From assembly GCA_050012475.1 (NCBI GenBank), contig JBEKHC010000010.1, forward strand, positions 11,416 through 75,415: a DNA stretch of 64,000 nt. Reading direction: 5' to 3'. The stretch comes from Candidatus Velthaea sp. GTDB taxonomy: Bacteria > Vulcanimicrobiota > Vulcanimicrobiia > Vulcanimicrobiales > Vulcanimicrobiaceae. Numbering within the stretch: position 1 is the stretch's first letter; each line of letters opens with the position of its first letter. Shown one piece after another: positions 30,180 to 39,919 of this stretch. Below the pieces are notes generated by a model that ran no database searches, was not told the DNA's origin, and saw only the letters and a list, made by a program, of their open reading frames with translations. The position numbers were made by a program, and so were the translations under genes.

Positions 30180-30895
30180 CGCAGCTGTATGCGCTCGTCT
30201 TCGCCCGCTGCGCCGGCTTCGTTTTCCGCGCGCCGGGCTTTTCGCACCCGGCGGTGCCGCCGATGGTGCGTGCGGGTTTGGCGCTGGTGCTTGCCGTCGG
30301 ATTGAGCCCCGCGTTGCGCGGTCCCGGCGTTCTTCCCACTGGTTCGTTCGTCTTCGCATTGGCACTTGAGGTCGCGCTCGGCGCGATGGTCGGCATGGCG
30401 GCATCGATTCTTTACGACGGCATCTCAGCGGGAGCACGCGCGCTCGATGACTACGTCGGCATCCAGGATAGTCTGCGCAACGCGACGACCTCGGCCGGCG
30501 GCGAGGCGTTCAGCCGGCTGTGGACGATCACGTTCATCGCAGCCTTCTTCGTCCTGGGCGGATACCGTTTGCTGATTGTCGCCTTTGCGCGCGGGTTCGA
30601 GCTGCTGCCGCCGGGCTCGCTGCTGCGTCCGGGGCATCTGCTCGACTTCGCTCTCTCGCTGCCGACGCTGTCGCTGCGTGCCGCGCTCATCGTCGCGGGG
30701 CCCGGCATTTTGCTCGCGCTGCTCGCCCAGCTCGCGCTGGGCAGCGTCGCGCGCGTCATCCCGCGCTTTGCGAATTTCACCTTGACGTTTCCGATCGTCT
30801 TCGGCGTCGTGCTCCTCGCGACACTGGCCACGCTGCCGTTTGCTGCGGACCTCGCCGGCCGTCCGTGGCTGCACCTGCCGATGCTGAACCCTTAA
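30176..30895 (+). CDS. fliR: Export gate protein FliR/SctT
   Basis: GTG start overlapping fliQ stop; FAR..G....AP.FS...VP..VR, LE..LG, LG..AR..P; multiple TMs. Confidence 0.88.
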   Translation: MTQLYALVFARCAGFVFRAPGFSHPAVPPMVRAGLALVLAVGLSPALRGPGVLPTGSFVFALALEVALGAMVGMAASILYDGISAGARALDDYVGIQDSLRNATTSAGGEAFSRLWTITFIAAFFVLGGYRLLIVAFARGFELLPPGSLLRPGHLLDFALSLPTLSLRAALIVAGPGILLALLAQLALGSVARVIPRFANFTLTFPIVFGVVLLATLATLPFAADLAGRPWLHLPMLNP

Positions 30896-30898
30896 TTC

Positions 30899-31903
30899 AT
30901 GGCCGACGACAAACCGTTCGAGCCGACGCCCAACTGGATCGCGCGGGCTAAGCGCGAAGGCAACGTCGCACGCTCGCAGGAGCTGGGCGCGATCTGCGGG
31001 TTTTTGCTTGGCGCCGTCGCGCTCGCGGCGCTCGTGCCGGCGCTGGGCGGCGTCGCTGCCCGTTGGATGGTGCAGACGGCGGCGGACGGCGGTCTGCACA
31101 CCGATGGACTGCTGCCGTTCGCCGGACTGGCGCTGCTGCCGCTCGTCGCCGTTGCAATCGGCGGCACGACGACGGCCCTGCTGCAAGAACGGCTGTTCTT
31201 CGTGGCACCGCGCTTCAAAGCCGACCGGCTCAATCCCAAAGAAGGCCTCAAGCGCATGTTCTCGCGCGAAGCGGCCGTCGCGGCGGCACGCGCGGTGCTC
31301 GCCTTCGGACTGGCGACGAGCGCCATCGTGCCGACCGCGAACGAAGTCTTCGCCCGCGGCGTCGGCGCGGCCGATCTTCCGTTCATCGCGGCTTTGGTGC
31401 GCTCGGCCGGCGCGCGCATCGTGCTCAGCGTGCTCGTCGTCGGCGCGCTCTTTGCCATCTTCGACGTCCTCATCGTGCGCCGGCGCTGGCGCCGCAAACT
31501 GCGCATGAACGCACACGAGCTCAAACGCGACACCAAAGAAAGTGAAGGCGATCCGCTGCTGCGCCGGCACCGCCGGGGCATGCACCGCTCGCTGAGCTCC
31601 GGAGCCATGGCCGGCGTTCAGCGCGCGGCCTTCGTGCTCACCAATCCGACGCACATCGCGATCGCTCTGGAATACCGGCCGCCCGAGGTCCCCGTGCCGC
31701 GCATCCTCGTTCGCGCCAGCGACCAAAACGCGCTCCGCGTGCGCGACTTGGCGGCCGGTTATGCAATACCGGTGATCGAGAACGTGGCGCTCGCGCGCGA
31801 ACTCTACGCGCTGGGCCGGCCCGGCGACGAGATTCCGGTCCAAACGTACGTCGCAGTGGCCGAGGTCATAAACGCACTCTTGCAAACGGGGACCCTGACG
31901 TGA
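30899..31903 (+). CDS. flhB: Export switch protein FlhB/SctU
   Basis: K..EPT....AKREGNVARS.EL, LRM...ELK...KESEGDP, intact NPTH autocleavage motif, EN..LAR.LY. Confidence 0.93.
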   Translation: MADDKPFEPTPNWIARAKREGNVARSQELGAICGFLLGAVALAALVPALGGVAARWMVQTAADGGLHTDGLLPFAGLALLPLVAVAIGGTTTALLQERLFFVAPRFKADRLNPKEGLKRMFSREAAVAAARAVLAFGLATSAIVPTANEVFARGVGAADLPFIAALVRSAGARIVLSVLVVGALFAIFDVLIVRRRWRRKLRMNAHELKRDTKESEGDPLLRRHRRGMHRSLSSGAMAGVQRAAFVLTNPTHIAIALEYRPPEVPVPRILVRASDQNALRVRDLAAGYAIPVIENVALARELYALGRPGDEIPVQTYVAVAEVINALLQTGTLT

Positions 31904-33945
31904 AACCAAGTGCGATGACCGCCGCGTTCGGCGCGCTCGTTTTGTCGGTCGTGTTGATTCTCGTCGTTCCGCTGCCGCCGTTCGTGCTCGACGCGCTCCT
32001 TGCGATCAACATCTTGGGAACCGCGCTCGTGCTGCTCATCAGCATCACCGTCAGCGATCCGTTGGAATTCTCGGCCTTCGCACCGGCCTTGCTCGTCGCC
32101 ACGCTCTTTCGCCTTGCGCTCGACGTTTCGGCGACGCGCTTGATCCTGACCCAAGGATCGCTGCCCGGCGGCGTGGGGTCGATCATTCCGGCCTTTGGCG
32201 ATTTCGTCGTGCGCGGCAATCTCGTCGTCGGCCTCATCATGTTCGTCATCCTCATCACGATCCAGTTCATCGTGATCGCGGCCGGTTCGCAGCGGGTCGC
32301 CGAGGTGGCCGCGCGTTTCACCTTGGACGCGATGCCCGGCAAGCAGATGGGCATCGATGCCGAACTGCACGCGGGGTCGCTCACGCCCGAAGCGGCCCGC
32401 AAGCGCCGCGCCTTGGTGCAGAAAGAAGGCGACTTCTTCGGCGCCATGGACGGCGCGGGCAAGTTCGTCAAAGGCGACGCGATCGCGGCTCTGGTGATCG
32501 TGGTGCTCAATTTGGTCGGCGGCGTTGCCGTCGGCATGATCTACGACGGCTTGTCGCCGCTCGACGCGCTCAATACGTTTGCGCTGCTTTCGATCGGCAA
32601 TGCGCTCGTCACGACGTTGCCCGCGTTCCTGATGTCGATCTCGATGGGCATGATGGTCACCCGCGTGGCGGCGGACGGTTCGCTGGGAACCGACCTGATC
32701 ACGCAACTCTTCGCGCGCCCGGAAGTCCTGCGCTCGGCCGGCTTCTTGTCGTTCGGACTGGCACTGGTACCCGTCTTGCCGCATCCGTTGTTTATCGCCC
32801 TGGGTCTGGCCGCGATTGCGTGCGCGCAGCTCTCGGCACGGCGGATCAAGCGCGACGCCGACCACGGCGCCGCGCGAGCCGAATCGCTTCGGAAAGCCGA
32901 GCGGCGACGGCCCGAATCGGCCTTCGGATCGGTCGGCGTCGACATCATCGCCGTCGAGTTGGGCAAGGATCTCGCACCGTTTTTTCTGCCCGAAAACACC
33001 GAAGCCATCATCGAACGCGTTTTCGAGGCGCGGCGCATGATCGCGCGTGAACTGGGCATCGTGATGGCCGGGGTGAACGTCCGCGACGAAGGTACCCGTG
33101 AGCCCGCATCCTACGAGATCCGCTTTCGCGGTGAAGTCGTCGGTTGCGGATCGCTGCGCCCGGAGCGCTTTCTGGCCATCGCCGACACAACCGTCCTCGG
33201 GGCGCTTAGCGGCGAAGAAGTGCGCGATCCCGTGTACGGCTTCCCGGTGAAGTGGATCGCGCCCGCCGATCGCGACTTTGCGATGGCCGCCGGCGCGCTG
33301 GTCTTCGATCCGATCACCGTGCTCATCTCGCACCTGGGCGAGTGCGTGCGCAATCGCGCGGGTCTTCTGTTCGGGCGTCAAGAGATGCAAACGCTGCTCG
33401 AATACCTCAAGCCCGCATATCCCGTGATCGTCAAGGAAGTCGGAACCGACGCCCTGCCGTTCGCGACCGTCCACAAAGCCTTTCTCTATTTGCTGCGCGA
33501 ACGCGTTTGGCCGCGCGACCCGGTGGCCACCATCGAGGCCATGATCGAGGCCTCCGCAACAACGCGCGACGCGCGCGATCTCGCCGATGCGGCGCGCAAA
33601 GTCTTGGTCCCGCCGCTGCTCCATGCGCGCAAACTGCGCGAGCTGCCGGCGCTGATGTTCGACCCGGAATTCGAGGCGCGCGTGGCCGCAGCATGGACGG
33701 GCGACGCCGGCGTGCCCGAACCGCAGCTCGCACTGTACATCCGCGAGCGCGTGAGCGCGTATGCCAAGACCCTTCCCGGCGGCCAAACGTTTGTCGTCTG
33801 CACGTCGCCGCTGCGCCGTCACCTCAGCGACTTGCTCGAGAAGTTCGGCTTGCGCGCCGAAGTCTTCGGTTTTGGCGAGCTGCCGCCGGACGTCAACCTT
33901 CGACCCACCGCTATCGTATCCGACCCGCGTGGGGCGCTCGCATAA
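31900..33945 (+). CDS. flhA: Export gate protein FlhA/SctV
   Basis: FS.F...LL..TLFRLAL.VS.TRLIL, RVAEVAARFTLDAMPGKQM.IDAEL, FFGAMDGA.KFVKGDAIA. Confidence 0.96.
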   Translation: MKPSAMTAAFGALVLSVVLILVVPLPPFVLDALLAINILGTALVLLISITVSDPLEFSAFAPALLVATLFRLALDVSATRLILTQGSLPGGVGSIIPAFGDFVVRGNLVVGLIMFVILITIQFIVIAAGSQRVAEVAARFTLDAMPGKQMGIDAELHAGSLTPEAARKRRALVQKEGDFFGAMDGAGKFVKGDAIAALVIVVLNLVGGVAVGMIYDGLSPLDALNTFALLSIGNALVTTLPAFLMSISMGMMVTRVAADGSLGTDLITQLFARPEVLRSAGFLSFGLALVPVLPHPLFIALGLAAIACAQLSARRIKRDADHGAARAESLRKAERRRPESAFGSVGVDIIAVELGKDLAPFFLPENTEAIIERVFEARRMIARELGIVMAGVNVRDEGTREPASYEIRFRGEVVGCGSLRPERFLAIADTTVLGALSGEEVRDPVYGFPVKWIAPADRDFAMAAGALVFDPITVLISHLGECVRNRAGLLFGRQEMQTLLEYLKPAYPVIVKEVGTDALPFATVHKAFLYLLRERVWPRDPVATIEAMIEASATTRDARDLADAARKVLVPPLLHARKLRELPALMFDPEFEARVAAAWTGDAGVPEPQLALYIRERVSAYAKTLPGGQTFVVCTSPLRRHLSDLLEKFGLRAEVFGFGELPPDVNLRPTAIVSDPRGALA

Positions 33946-34114
33946 AACCCGCGGGCGACGCGCGAAATCCGGCATGTGGCGCAAACACTGGTATCATCTT
34001 TGCCCGTTACCATCCGTGCGGGGCCGCGCGCGACTGGAATCGCCGCCTGCGGGACGCGATCGAGCCCGGGACCGCACTGAAAATCTCTTTGCAGCGGACG
34101 TAAAGGAGCAATCC

Positions 34115-34384
34115 ATGGCATTTCTCGGTGCACTCTTTGCCGGTATCGGCGGCAGCTTGTTCTCCGGCGGCCCGCTGTCCGGGATGCTCAACGGCGCGGA
34201 GGCGGCCTCCGAGGCAAGTTACGAGGAAAACCAGGCCGAACTGCTGGCCTCGAACACGCGGCTCAATACCATGGCCGTAAAAATGTCGGAAACCACGAAT
34301 ACCGAGGAGCTCTCCGTCGCCGCCGACGAGGCGCACAACCACGTTGTACGTTCCTACATCGAAGCGGTCAAACAAGTACAATAG
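34115..34384 (+). CDS. Small orphan protein (89 aa), candidate type III-secreted pilin-like subunit
   Basis: Strong RBS AAAGGAGCAATCC-ATG; Gly/Ser-rich N-terminus, helical E/N/A-rich C-terminus; follows flhA. Confidence 0.7.
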   Translation: MAFLGALFAGIGGSLFSGGPLSGMLNGAEAASEASYEENQAELLASNTRLNTMAVKMSETTNTEELSVAADEAHNHVVRSYIEAVKQVQ

Positions 34385-34565
34385 GGTCTGCGGTTCCGCG
34401 GGGTTCCTCGGGCCAAACGACGGCGATCGATTCCCTTCAATGGCATGCAAGCGATGCCGCCTTTTTTCGTGCAGCTTCAGGAACCCGCGTGGGTCTACAT
34501 AGACTTCTAACATGAATTCACCGAAGGCGATAAGCAGAGCCGGGAGTCGATGTCGTCTCGTTCTT

Positions 34566-35123
34566 TTAGGCGGTACCGCCTCGTATGCGATAGCGCACGT
34601 GGATTACTCCAGTCCTGAAACGGCGCGTCTCAAGGAGTTCGAGATTCCGTCGTATGGCGGCTCGGAATGCCGGCTTTCCCCCGCCGACGATCACCGGGTT
34701 GAGAAACAGGTGACATTCATCGACGAGGTCGGCTTCGATCGCAAGTCCCGCAAGCTCGGCGCCGCCAATGATCATGTCGTGCTCCGATTCCCGCTTGAGC
34801 TTCCGAATAGCCTCGAAGTCGAACTCCCGCTCGACACGCGCGTTGTGTTTCGCAGCGCCGAGCGTTCGTGAAAAGACGATCTTTTCGGGCTTCTGCCAAA
34901 CCCGTGCGAAGTCGCGGTGTTCGGGCGGATAATCCTCCACCGGCGCATCCCAGAAGGCCATCGTCTCATAGAGTCGCCGCCCCAAAAGAAGGGCTCCAAT
35001 CGGCCGCAACAGCTCGGTGATGAAGGCGAATACCTGATCGGGATTGACCCAATCGAAAGCACCGCTGGCGTCCTCGACGTAACCGTCGAGCGACGCGCTC
35101 GTGATGTAGATCAGCTTCGACAT
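34566..35123 (-). CDS. Dihydrofolate reductase/RibD C-terminal family protein
   Basis: MSKLIY..SASLDGY, LLGRRLYE.M, K.VFSRTL, GGA.LA, LVDE...F.NPV.VGGGKP. Confidence 0.9.
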   Translation of the reverse strand: MSKLIYITSASLDGYVEDASGAFDWVNPDQVFAFITELLRPIGALLLGRRLYETMAFWDAPVEDYPPEHRDFARVWQKPEKIVFSRTLGAAKHNARVEREFDFEAIRKLKRESEHDMIIGGAELAGLAIEADLVDECHLFLNPVIVGGGKPAFRAAIRRNLELLETRRFRTGVIHVRYRIRGGTA

Positions 35124-35353
35124 ACGAGAGAGGTCGAACGTTTCGTGCAGGCCGCAGATGAATTCCTCTGCGTCGTTGCGCAGCCCCTCGCCAAGAGCAC
35201 GCACTTGCTGGGACATGCCAATTCGTTGTGCGAGGCGCGGCCCAACGAGCTCCCGACGACAGGCGCGGAAGAACCCCGCGCAATGGCCGCCCATTCTCCA
35301 GTAACTCAGCGACACCGATTGTCCGAGGGCGCCAAGCACGCCGAAGGCTCGCC

Positions 35354-35896
35354 CTACAACCCCGTGGGTTCAGTTATGAGCCCACCTCGCCGTCTGCGCG
35401 CTCGAAGCTGAGTCTGCGTGGCTCGATTCGGCAAGACCCGGCGCAGATTCGGTGTGTCGAGTTGCAAACCGCGGTTCTCACGGACGATGCGCCACGTTCC
35501 CTCATAGGTGGTGGTAACGAATCGTCCGCCAGCTCCATGGTCGTTGGAAGTCAACCGCACCGATACGAGGCTCGGCGAGTCTGCGTGTGCCGAGATGAGA
35601 GAGATAAACCTTGTCTGCGCGGTCATCGGGAGCCAGCCCACGTAGGGATGTCCGTGACGGTATGCACGAGAGAACAAATGGTACATGTCGGCGTAGCGCT
35701 CTTGGCTCCACAATCGAAAAAAGTAATCGACCAGCACTACGGCCTCTTGCTCACGCGAGCCCTGCACGGACGCGTTCGCGCTGCGACCGCAAAGGTGATT
35801 CCCGTCGTAGGCTAGGCTGCACGCGATGGGCATGGGCACTCCGAGCGTCAGACGTCGCAAGCCAAACCATGAAAGCACGCTTCGACGACCGCCCAC
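35354..35896 (-). CDS. Hypothetical protein, possibly NTF2-like fold
   Basis: V..FF..W....Y..MY.L.S and YEGTWRIVRE pattern; start uncertain. Confidence 0.45.
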   Translation of the reverse strand: MGGRRSVLSWFGLRRLTLGVPMPIACSLAYDGNHLCGRSANASVQGSREQEAVVLVDYFFRLWSQERYADMYHLFSRAYRHGHPYVGWLPMTAQTRFISLISAHADSPSLVSVRLTSNDHGAGGRFVTTTYEGTWRIVRENRGLQLDTPNLRRVLPNRATQTQLRARRRRGGLITEPTGL

Positions 35897-36087
35897 GGGC
35901 GAGCCTAGCAGAGTCGGACGTTATGATAGAAACGAATCTCTTCGGACGCCCGAACAGGTTCGCTTTCCTCGCTGCAACCCTTGACTTTCGAACCTTGAAA
36001 CGCGATAGGGCACGTGGAGGCGATCGCCTCACTACGCGGCTCGTTCCTTTCCGTTCCGTCCGACCGAAGTCAACAAGGAGCAATCTC

Positions 36088-36360
36088 ATGTCATCCATTG
36101 CACCCTCTCTCAGCAGCACAGCCGGATCCGCCGTTTCGAGCACGGCGAACAGCAGCAGCGGCGACAGCAGTTCGCAGGCGTTGCTGCAAGAAGAACAGGC
36201 GCAGTTCGAGGCAAACTTCGCGCTGCAAACGCACCAGGCCATGATCGACAACCAAAATGCGACCAACACCGCGATTGCCCAGTCGCACGCACAGACCGCA
36301 TCCGCGTCGACCGCAGGCGCACGGGAAGTCGGCGACTCGAACGCCCATATCGTTGCATAG
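36088..36360 (+). CDS. Small orphan protein (90 aa), candidate type III-secreted pilin-like subunit
   Basis: RBS AAGGAGCAATCTC-ATG; Ser-rich N-terminus, Q/A/N-rich helical remainder. Confidence 0.7.
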   Translation: MSSIAPSLSSTAGSAVSSTANSSSGDSSSQALLQEEQAQFEANFALQTHQAMIDNQNATNTAIAQSHAQTASASTAGAREVGDSNAHIVA

Positions 36361-36604
36361 GCGCGCGGGGGAGCGCCGCCGTTCCACAACGCCTGCACGG
36401 ATCGGCAAAAGAGGCTGATACGACAGAGTCCCGAGCGTCACGAGCGACCATCCGCCCCGTGGCGCTCGAGCTTCTTTTCTCGATCGTTTTCACGCCGCGT
36501 GCACACCCCAACCATATCAACGGGTGAAAGCCGCCCCATCTCGATCGGCGGGTCTGATGCTCGCCCGTTGAATTCTGCGCGGACCGCCTCGTTCGTGCCG
36601 ATCC

Positions 36605-36922
36605 TCAACCGAAACGATACGCGCCGCTGTCGTCGATTTGAACCGTGCCGTGCTCGATTTCCAAGCGGTGGACGCGATGATCCCAGTAGCCGAGCAGCCG
36701 GATCGCATACGGCTTCATTCGTGCGAGCAGCGCTTTGGTCGCGCTCGAGACGACGAAGCGGTCGCGCACCCATTTCGGATGATCTCGCGGCAAGACGATC
36801 TCGCCGATCGCACCGGCATCGGTCAAGCCGCCCATGACCGTCGGCGATTCGGCCGCCTGCTGCGCGGGCGGTGCAGCGCTGGTTCCCTCGCGCCGTCGCA
36901 CGATTCCAGCTCGTTTACTCAT
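36605..36922 (-). CDS. Hypothetical protein coupled to fliA
   Basis: ATGA overlap with the fliA stop; 105 aa. Confidence 0.55.
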   Translation of the reverse strand: MSKRAGIVRRREGTSAAPPAQQAAESPTVMGGLTDAGAIGEIVLPRDHPKWVRDRFVVSSATKALLARMKPYAIRLLGYWDHRVHRLEIEHGTVQIDDSGAYRFG

Positions 36923-37587
36923 GCGCTGATCATCTCTTCGCGAACGATTTCGAGCGCGCGATCGCGCAACTGCGCGATGCGCTGCTTGGTCACGGACAAC
37001 TCGCGCGCTACGGCTTTGAGTCGATAGCCGGAAAAAAAGTAGAGTTCGACGACCTGCCGATGGCGCACGGGCAATTTCTGGAGCGCCGCCCGTAAAATCG
37101 CGCGTGCCTCGTGTTCGCAGTACAGCCGAGCCGGATCCGTTTCCCAGTTCGCAGCGACCAGCGCGTCGACCGGGATCGCATCATCGAGTGAAACGCACGA
37201 ACGGTGATGGGCGGCAATCCGAGCAGAGCGCAGCTTGGGATGCCGGCGCTCCATCTCGAGCATCGACGGCAGGTGACCAGCCGTCAGCGCGATGGCGTAG
37301 CGGTCCCGTTCCGCCTGACGTAAGATACGCCGGGTGAATTCGGTCAGCCGGTCCATGCGCCGCAACCCGTTGAGCATTGCGCCGAGAATGCGGGCGCGCG
37401 CGTAGCGATCGAGCGACGCTCCGCGAGCCGGATCGTAGGAATCGACCGCGCGGACGAGCCCCAGGCAGCCTTCGCCGACCAGATCGTCGAGGTCCACGCG
37501 CCCGGCTCGGCGTGCTACCGTGCGCGCGATGGTGCGGACTACCGGATACAATCGCACGATCGTCGCATCCCGCTCGGCCGCGGTCAT
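36919..37587 (-). CDS. fliA: Sigma-28 (FliA/WhiG family) RNA polymerase sigma factor
   Basis: DDLV.EG..GL..A...YDP.RG, YAR.RI.GAML..LRR.D, region 4 L..VA..L.VT..RI.Q. Confidence 0.85.
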   Translation of the reverse strand: MTAAERDATIVRLYPVVRTIARTVARRAGRVDLDDLVGEGCLGLVRAVDSYDPARGASLDRYARARILGAMLNGLRRMDRLTEFTRRILRQAERDRYAIALTAGHLPSMLEMERRHPKLRSARIAAHHRSCVSLDDAIPVDALVAANWETDPARLYCEHEARAILRAALQKLPVRHRQVVELYFFSGYRLKAVARELSVTKQRIAQLRDRALEIVREEMISA

Positions 37588-37844
37588 TTGAGCCGCTCGG
37601 CGTCCTGGGCGGCGGCGCCGCCGGCGCCGGAACGTTCGGTCAGCGCTCGCAACTCATCGTAGAAGGCGTCGTGTTGGCCGCGCGCGATGGCGGCGCCCAG
37701 CGCATCGGTGAACACGTCGCCCAGCGGCCCCAATGCTTGCGCCAAGGGCGCGAGCACGCTCGACCACAACAGGCCCTCGAACTTCGCCGCGGTCTCGGCG
37801 TTCGGCGCCGATCCCGCCGCAGTTCTCGGCGGATCGACCGCCAA
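37584..37844 (-). CDS. FlgJ-like rod-binding domain protein (no muramidase domain)
   Basis: AAKFEGLL...VL motif like the FlgJ N-terminus; lies after flgG; probable TTG start at 37844. Confidence 0.5.
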   Translation of the reverse strand: MAVDPPRTAAGSAPNAETAAKFEGLLWSSVLAPLAQALGPLGDVFTDALGAAIARGQHDAFYDELRALTERSGAGGAAAQDAERLK

Positions 37845-37860
37845 CGGGACGCCGGCGGGA

Positions 37861-38589
37861 CTAGCTGCGCTGGATGTTGTTGGCAACACGCATCATCTCG
37901 TCGGCGGCAGTAACGCCTTTGGCGTTGGCTTCGTAGGCGCGCTGCGCAGAGAGAATTTCCATCATCGCTTCGATCACCGAGACGTTCGAGCGTTCGAGCA
38001 TCCCGAACGCGACCTTCGGACCGCCGTCGCGACCGGCATCCACATAGCGCACGGGTCCCGAATCGTTGGTCGCCGCGAACACGGTCGAACCGGCGACGCG
38101 CAGACGTTCGGGCGCGGCAAACGTGGCTAGGCGGATGCGGCCGGCAAACTGACGCTTCCCGGCCAGCGTGTCGACGTAGGTCATGCCGTCCGGTTCGGCC
38201 GTTATCGCCAGTGCATCATCGGGAACCTTGATGCCGACGAGCGAGAAACCGTCCGCGTTGCGCAACACGCCGTCGGGCGTGCGGTGAAATTCACCGTCGC
38301 GGCTGTAGACGAACGTCCCATCGGGGCGCTTGAGGGTAAAGAAACCGACGCCGTCGATTGCCGCGTCGAACGGACCACCCGATTTCATGAGCTTGCCCTG
38401 CTCGAAAAGCAGCTGTTTGCCGGTGAATGCGGTGCCCAGACCCGAGGTGCCGTCGGTGAGTGCAGCAAACCTGGCGGCACTGCCTTTGAATCCGGGCACT
38501 TCGGCATTGGCAAGATTGTCCGAAATCGTCTCGAGATTGTTTTGCTGCGCTGCCATCCCCGTTGCAGCCGCGAACATCGCCCGGTTCAT
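37861..38589 (-). CDS. flgG: Distal rod protein FlgG
   Basis: AATGM.AQQ..L..I..NLAN...GFK, D.AI.G.GFF, YSRDG.F, LERSNVS...M...QRAYEAN.K....ADEM. Confidence 0.88.
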   Translation of the reverse strand: MNRAMFAAATGMAAQQNNLETISDNLANAEVPGFKGSAARFAALTDGTSGLGTAFTGKQLLFEQGKLMKSGGPFDAAIDGVGFFTLKRPDGTFVYSRDGEFHRTPDGVLRNADGFSLVGIKVPDDALAITAEPDGMTYVDTLAGKRQFAGRIRLATFAAPERLRVAGSTVFAATNDSGPVRYVDAGRDGGPKVAFGMLERSNVSVIEAMMEILSAQRAYEANAKGVTAADEMMRVANNIQRS

Positions 38590-39200
38590 TGAATCTTTCC
38601 CATCCCGTTAGCGGCTTTCGAGCGCGTTTCGTCGATCGCGACGAGCGTTTTTTGCGCGGTCTCGAACGCGCGCTGCGCATCGATGACGCCGATCATCTCG
38701 CCGATCGAGTTGACGTTCGAGCTCTCGAGGAAGCCGCTCCGCACGGTGGTGCCGCGCGGCAGCGCCAACTGCGCGACGGCCCGGCCCGACGCACGCCACG
38801 TTCCGTCGGCTTCGATCGCCGGCGCGCCGGGCGGCAAACGAACGAAACCGTTCTTGCCCAGCAGCGTGCGGCCGTGCGCGTCGACGAGATAGCCGTCGCA
38901 GTCAGAGGTGAACGCTCCCGCCCGCGTCGCAACGCGCAACTGCGGATTGCGGTCGGGCGCGACGAAAAACGAACCGCCGCCGATGAGGGCGAGATCCAGC
39001 GTGCGTCCGGTGAAGCGCGCGGGGCCTTTCTCGGGCGATGCGACCGCAACGGTCGTGAGGCCGCGTCGTGACGCAACGGTCCGGGCCAGGTGTTTGTGAA
39101 AGCCGTCGGTCGACGCGTTGGCGAGATTGTCGGTGGCGATTTCGAGCTTCGCCTTGGCGGAGAGCATTGCGCTCGCCATCCATTGAATGCCGGTCAACAT
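38586..39200 (-). CDS. flgF: Rod protein FlgF (shortened)
   Basis: NLANAST.GF, TGR.LDLAL.G..FF, TRAG.F, GFLESSNVN...EM...I..QRAFE. Confidence 0.82.
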   Translation of the reverse strand: MLTGIQWMASAMLSAKAKLEIATDNLANASTDGFHKHLARTVASRRGLTTVAVASPEKGPARFTGRTLDLALIGGGSFFVAPDRNPQLRVATRAGAFTSDCDGYLVDAHGRTLLGKNGFVRLPPGAPAIEADGTWRASGRAVAQLALPRGTTVRSGFLESSNVNSIGEMIGVIDAQRAFETAQKTLVAIDETRSKAANGMGKIQ

Positions 39201-39259
39201 AGTCTCTACCTTACTTTTGAAAGATGCGTACAGTATTTTCTGAGCGCCGCGGATTTCGG

Positions 39260-39913
39260 TCAGCGAAAGCTGCTCGCGATGCCGCCGCAGACCAGCGTCC
39301 AGCCGTCGACCATAACGAACAGCAGGAGCTTACACGGCAGCGAGATCACGGGTGGACTGAGCATGAACATGCCGAGGCCCATGAGGATCGACGCCACCGC
39401 CAGATCGATGGCCACGAAGGGCAAATACAGCGCGAAACCGATCGCGAACGCGCTGCGCAATTCGCCGACCACGAACGCCGGCATGACGACCGAGACTGGC
39501 TGCAGCGACGCTTGTGCTTCGGGCTCGTGCGCCACGCGCTCGAAGAGATCCAGATCTTTTTTGCGCGTCTGCCGGAGCATGAACGCGCGCAGCGGTTCGA
39601 TGCCGCGCTCGATGAGCTGCGCTTGCGAGATGCGGCCTTGACTGTAGGGCACGATGGAATCGTGCGAAATGCGCTGCAGCGTCGGCGTCATGACGACGAC
39701 GGTCAGCACCAACGAAACGCCGATCAAAACGATGTTGGGCGGCAGCGCTTGGGCGCCGATCGCGGAGCGCACGAGCCCGAGCACGACCACGATGCGCACG
39801 AACGCCGTCGTCATCACGAGCAGCAGCGGCGCGATGGCCAGGATCGTCAGACTGCCCAGCACGTCGAGCGGCAGGGCCGCGTGACTGCCGGGAAGGGCGA
39901 AGCCGGGTATCAT
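39260..39913 (-). CDS. fliP: Export gate protein FliP/SctR
   Basis: TAFVRIVVVL...R.A.G....PPN, P.R.FM..QT, PAF...EL..AF.IGF..YLPF..IDL.VAS.LM..GM.ML.P..ISLP.KLLLFV..DGW. Confidence 0.95.
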   Translation of the reverse strand: MIPGFALPGSHAALPLDVLGSLTILAIAPLLLVMTTAFVRIVVVLGLVRSAIGAQALPPNIVLIGVSLVLTVVVMTPTLQRISHDSIVPYSQGRISQAQLIERGIEPLRAFMLRQTRKKDLDLFERVAHEPEAQASLQPVSVVMPAFVVGELRSAFAIGFALYLPFVAIDLAVASILMGLGMFMLSPPVISLPCKLLLFVMVDGWTLVCGGIASSFR

Positions 39914-39919
39914 GCCGGA

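Noticed and set aside
23975..33984. Long antisense ORFs (23975-25891, 26012-27451, 30425-31909, 31804-33984)
   Set aside because: Antisense shadows of fliF, fliI, flhB and flhA, expected at high GC; no motifs
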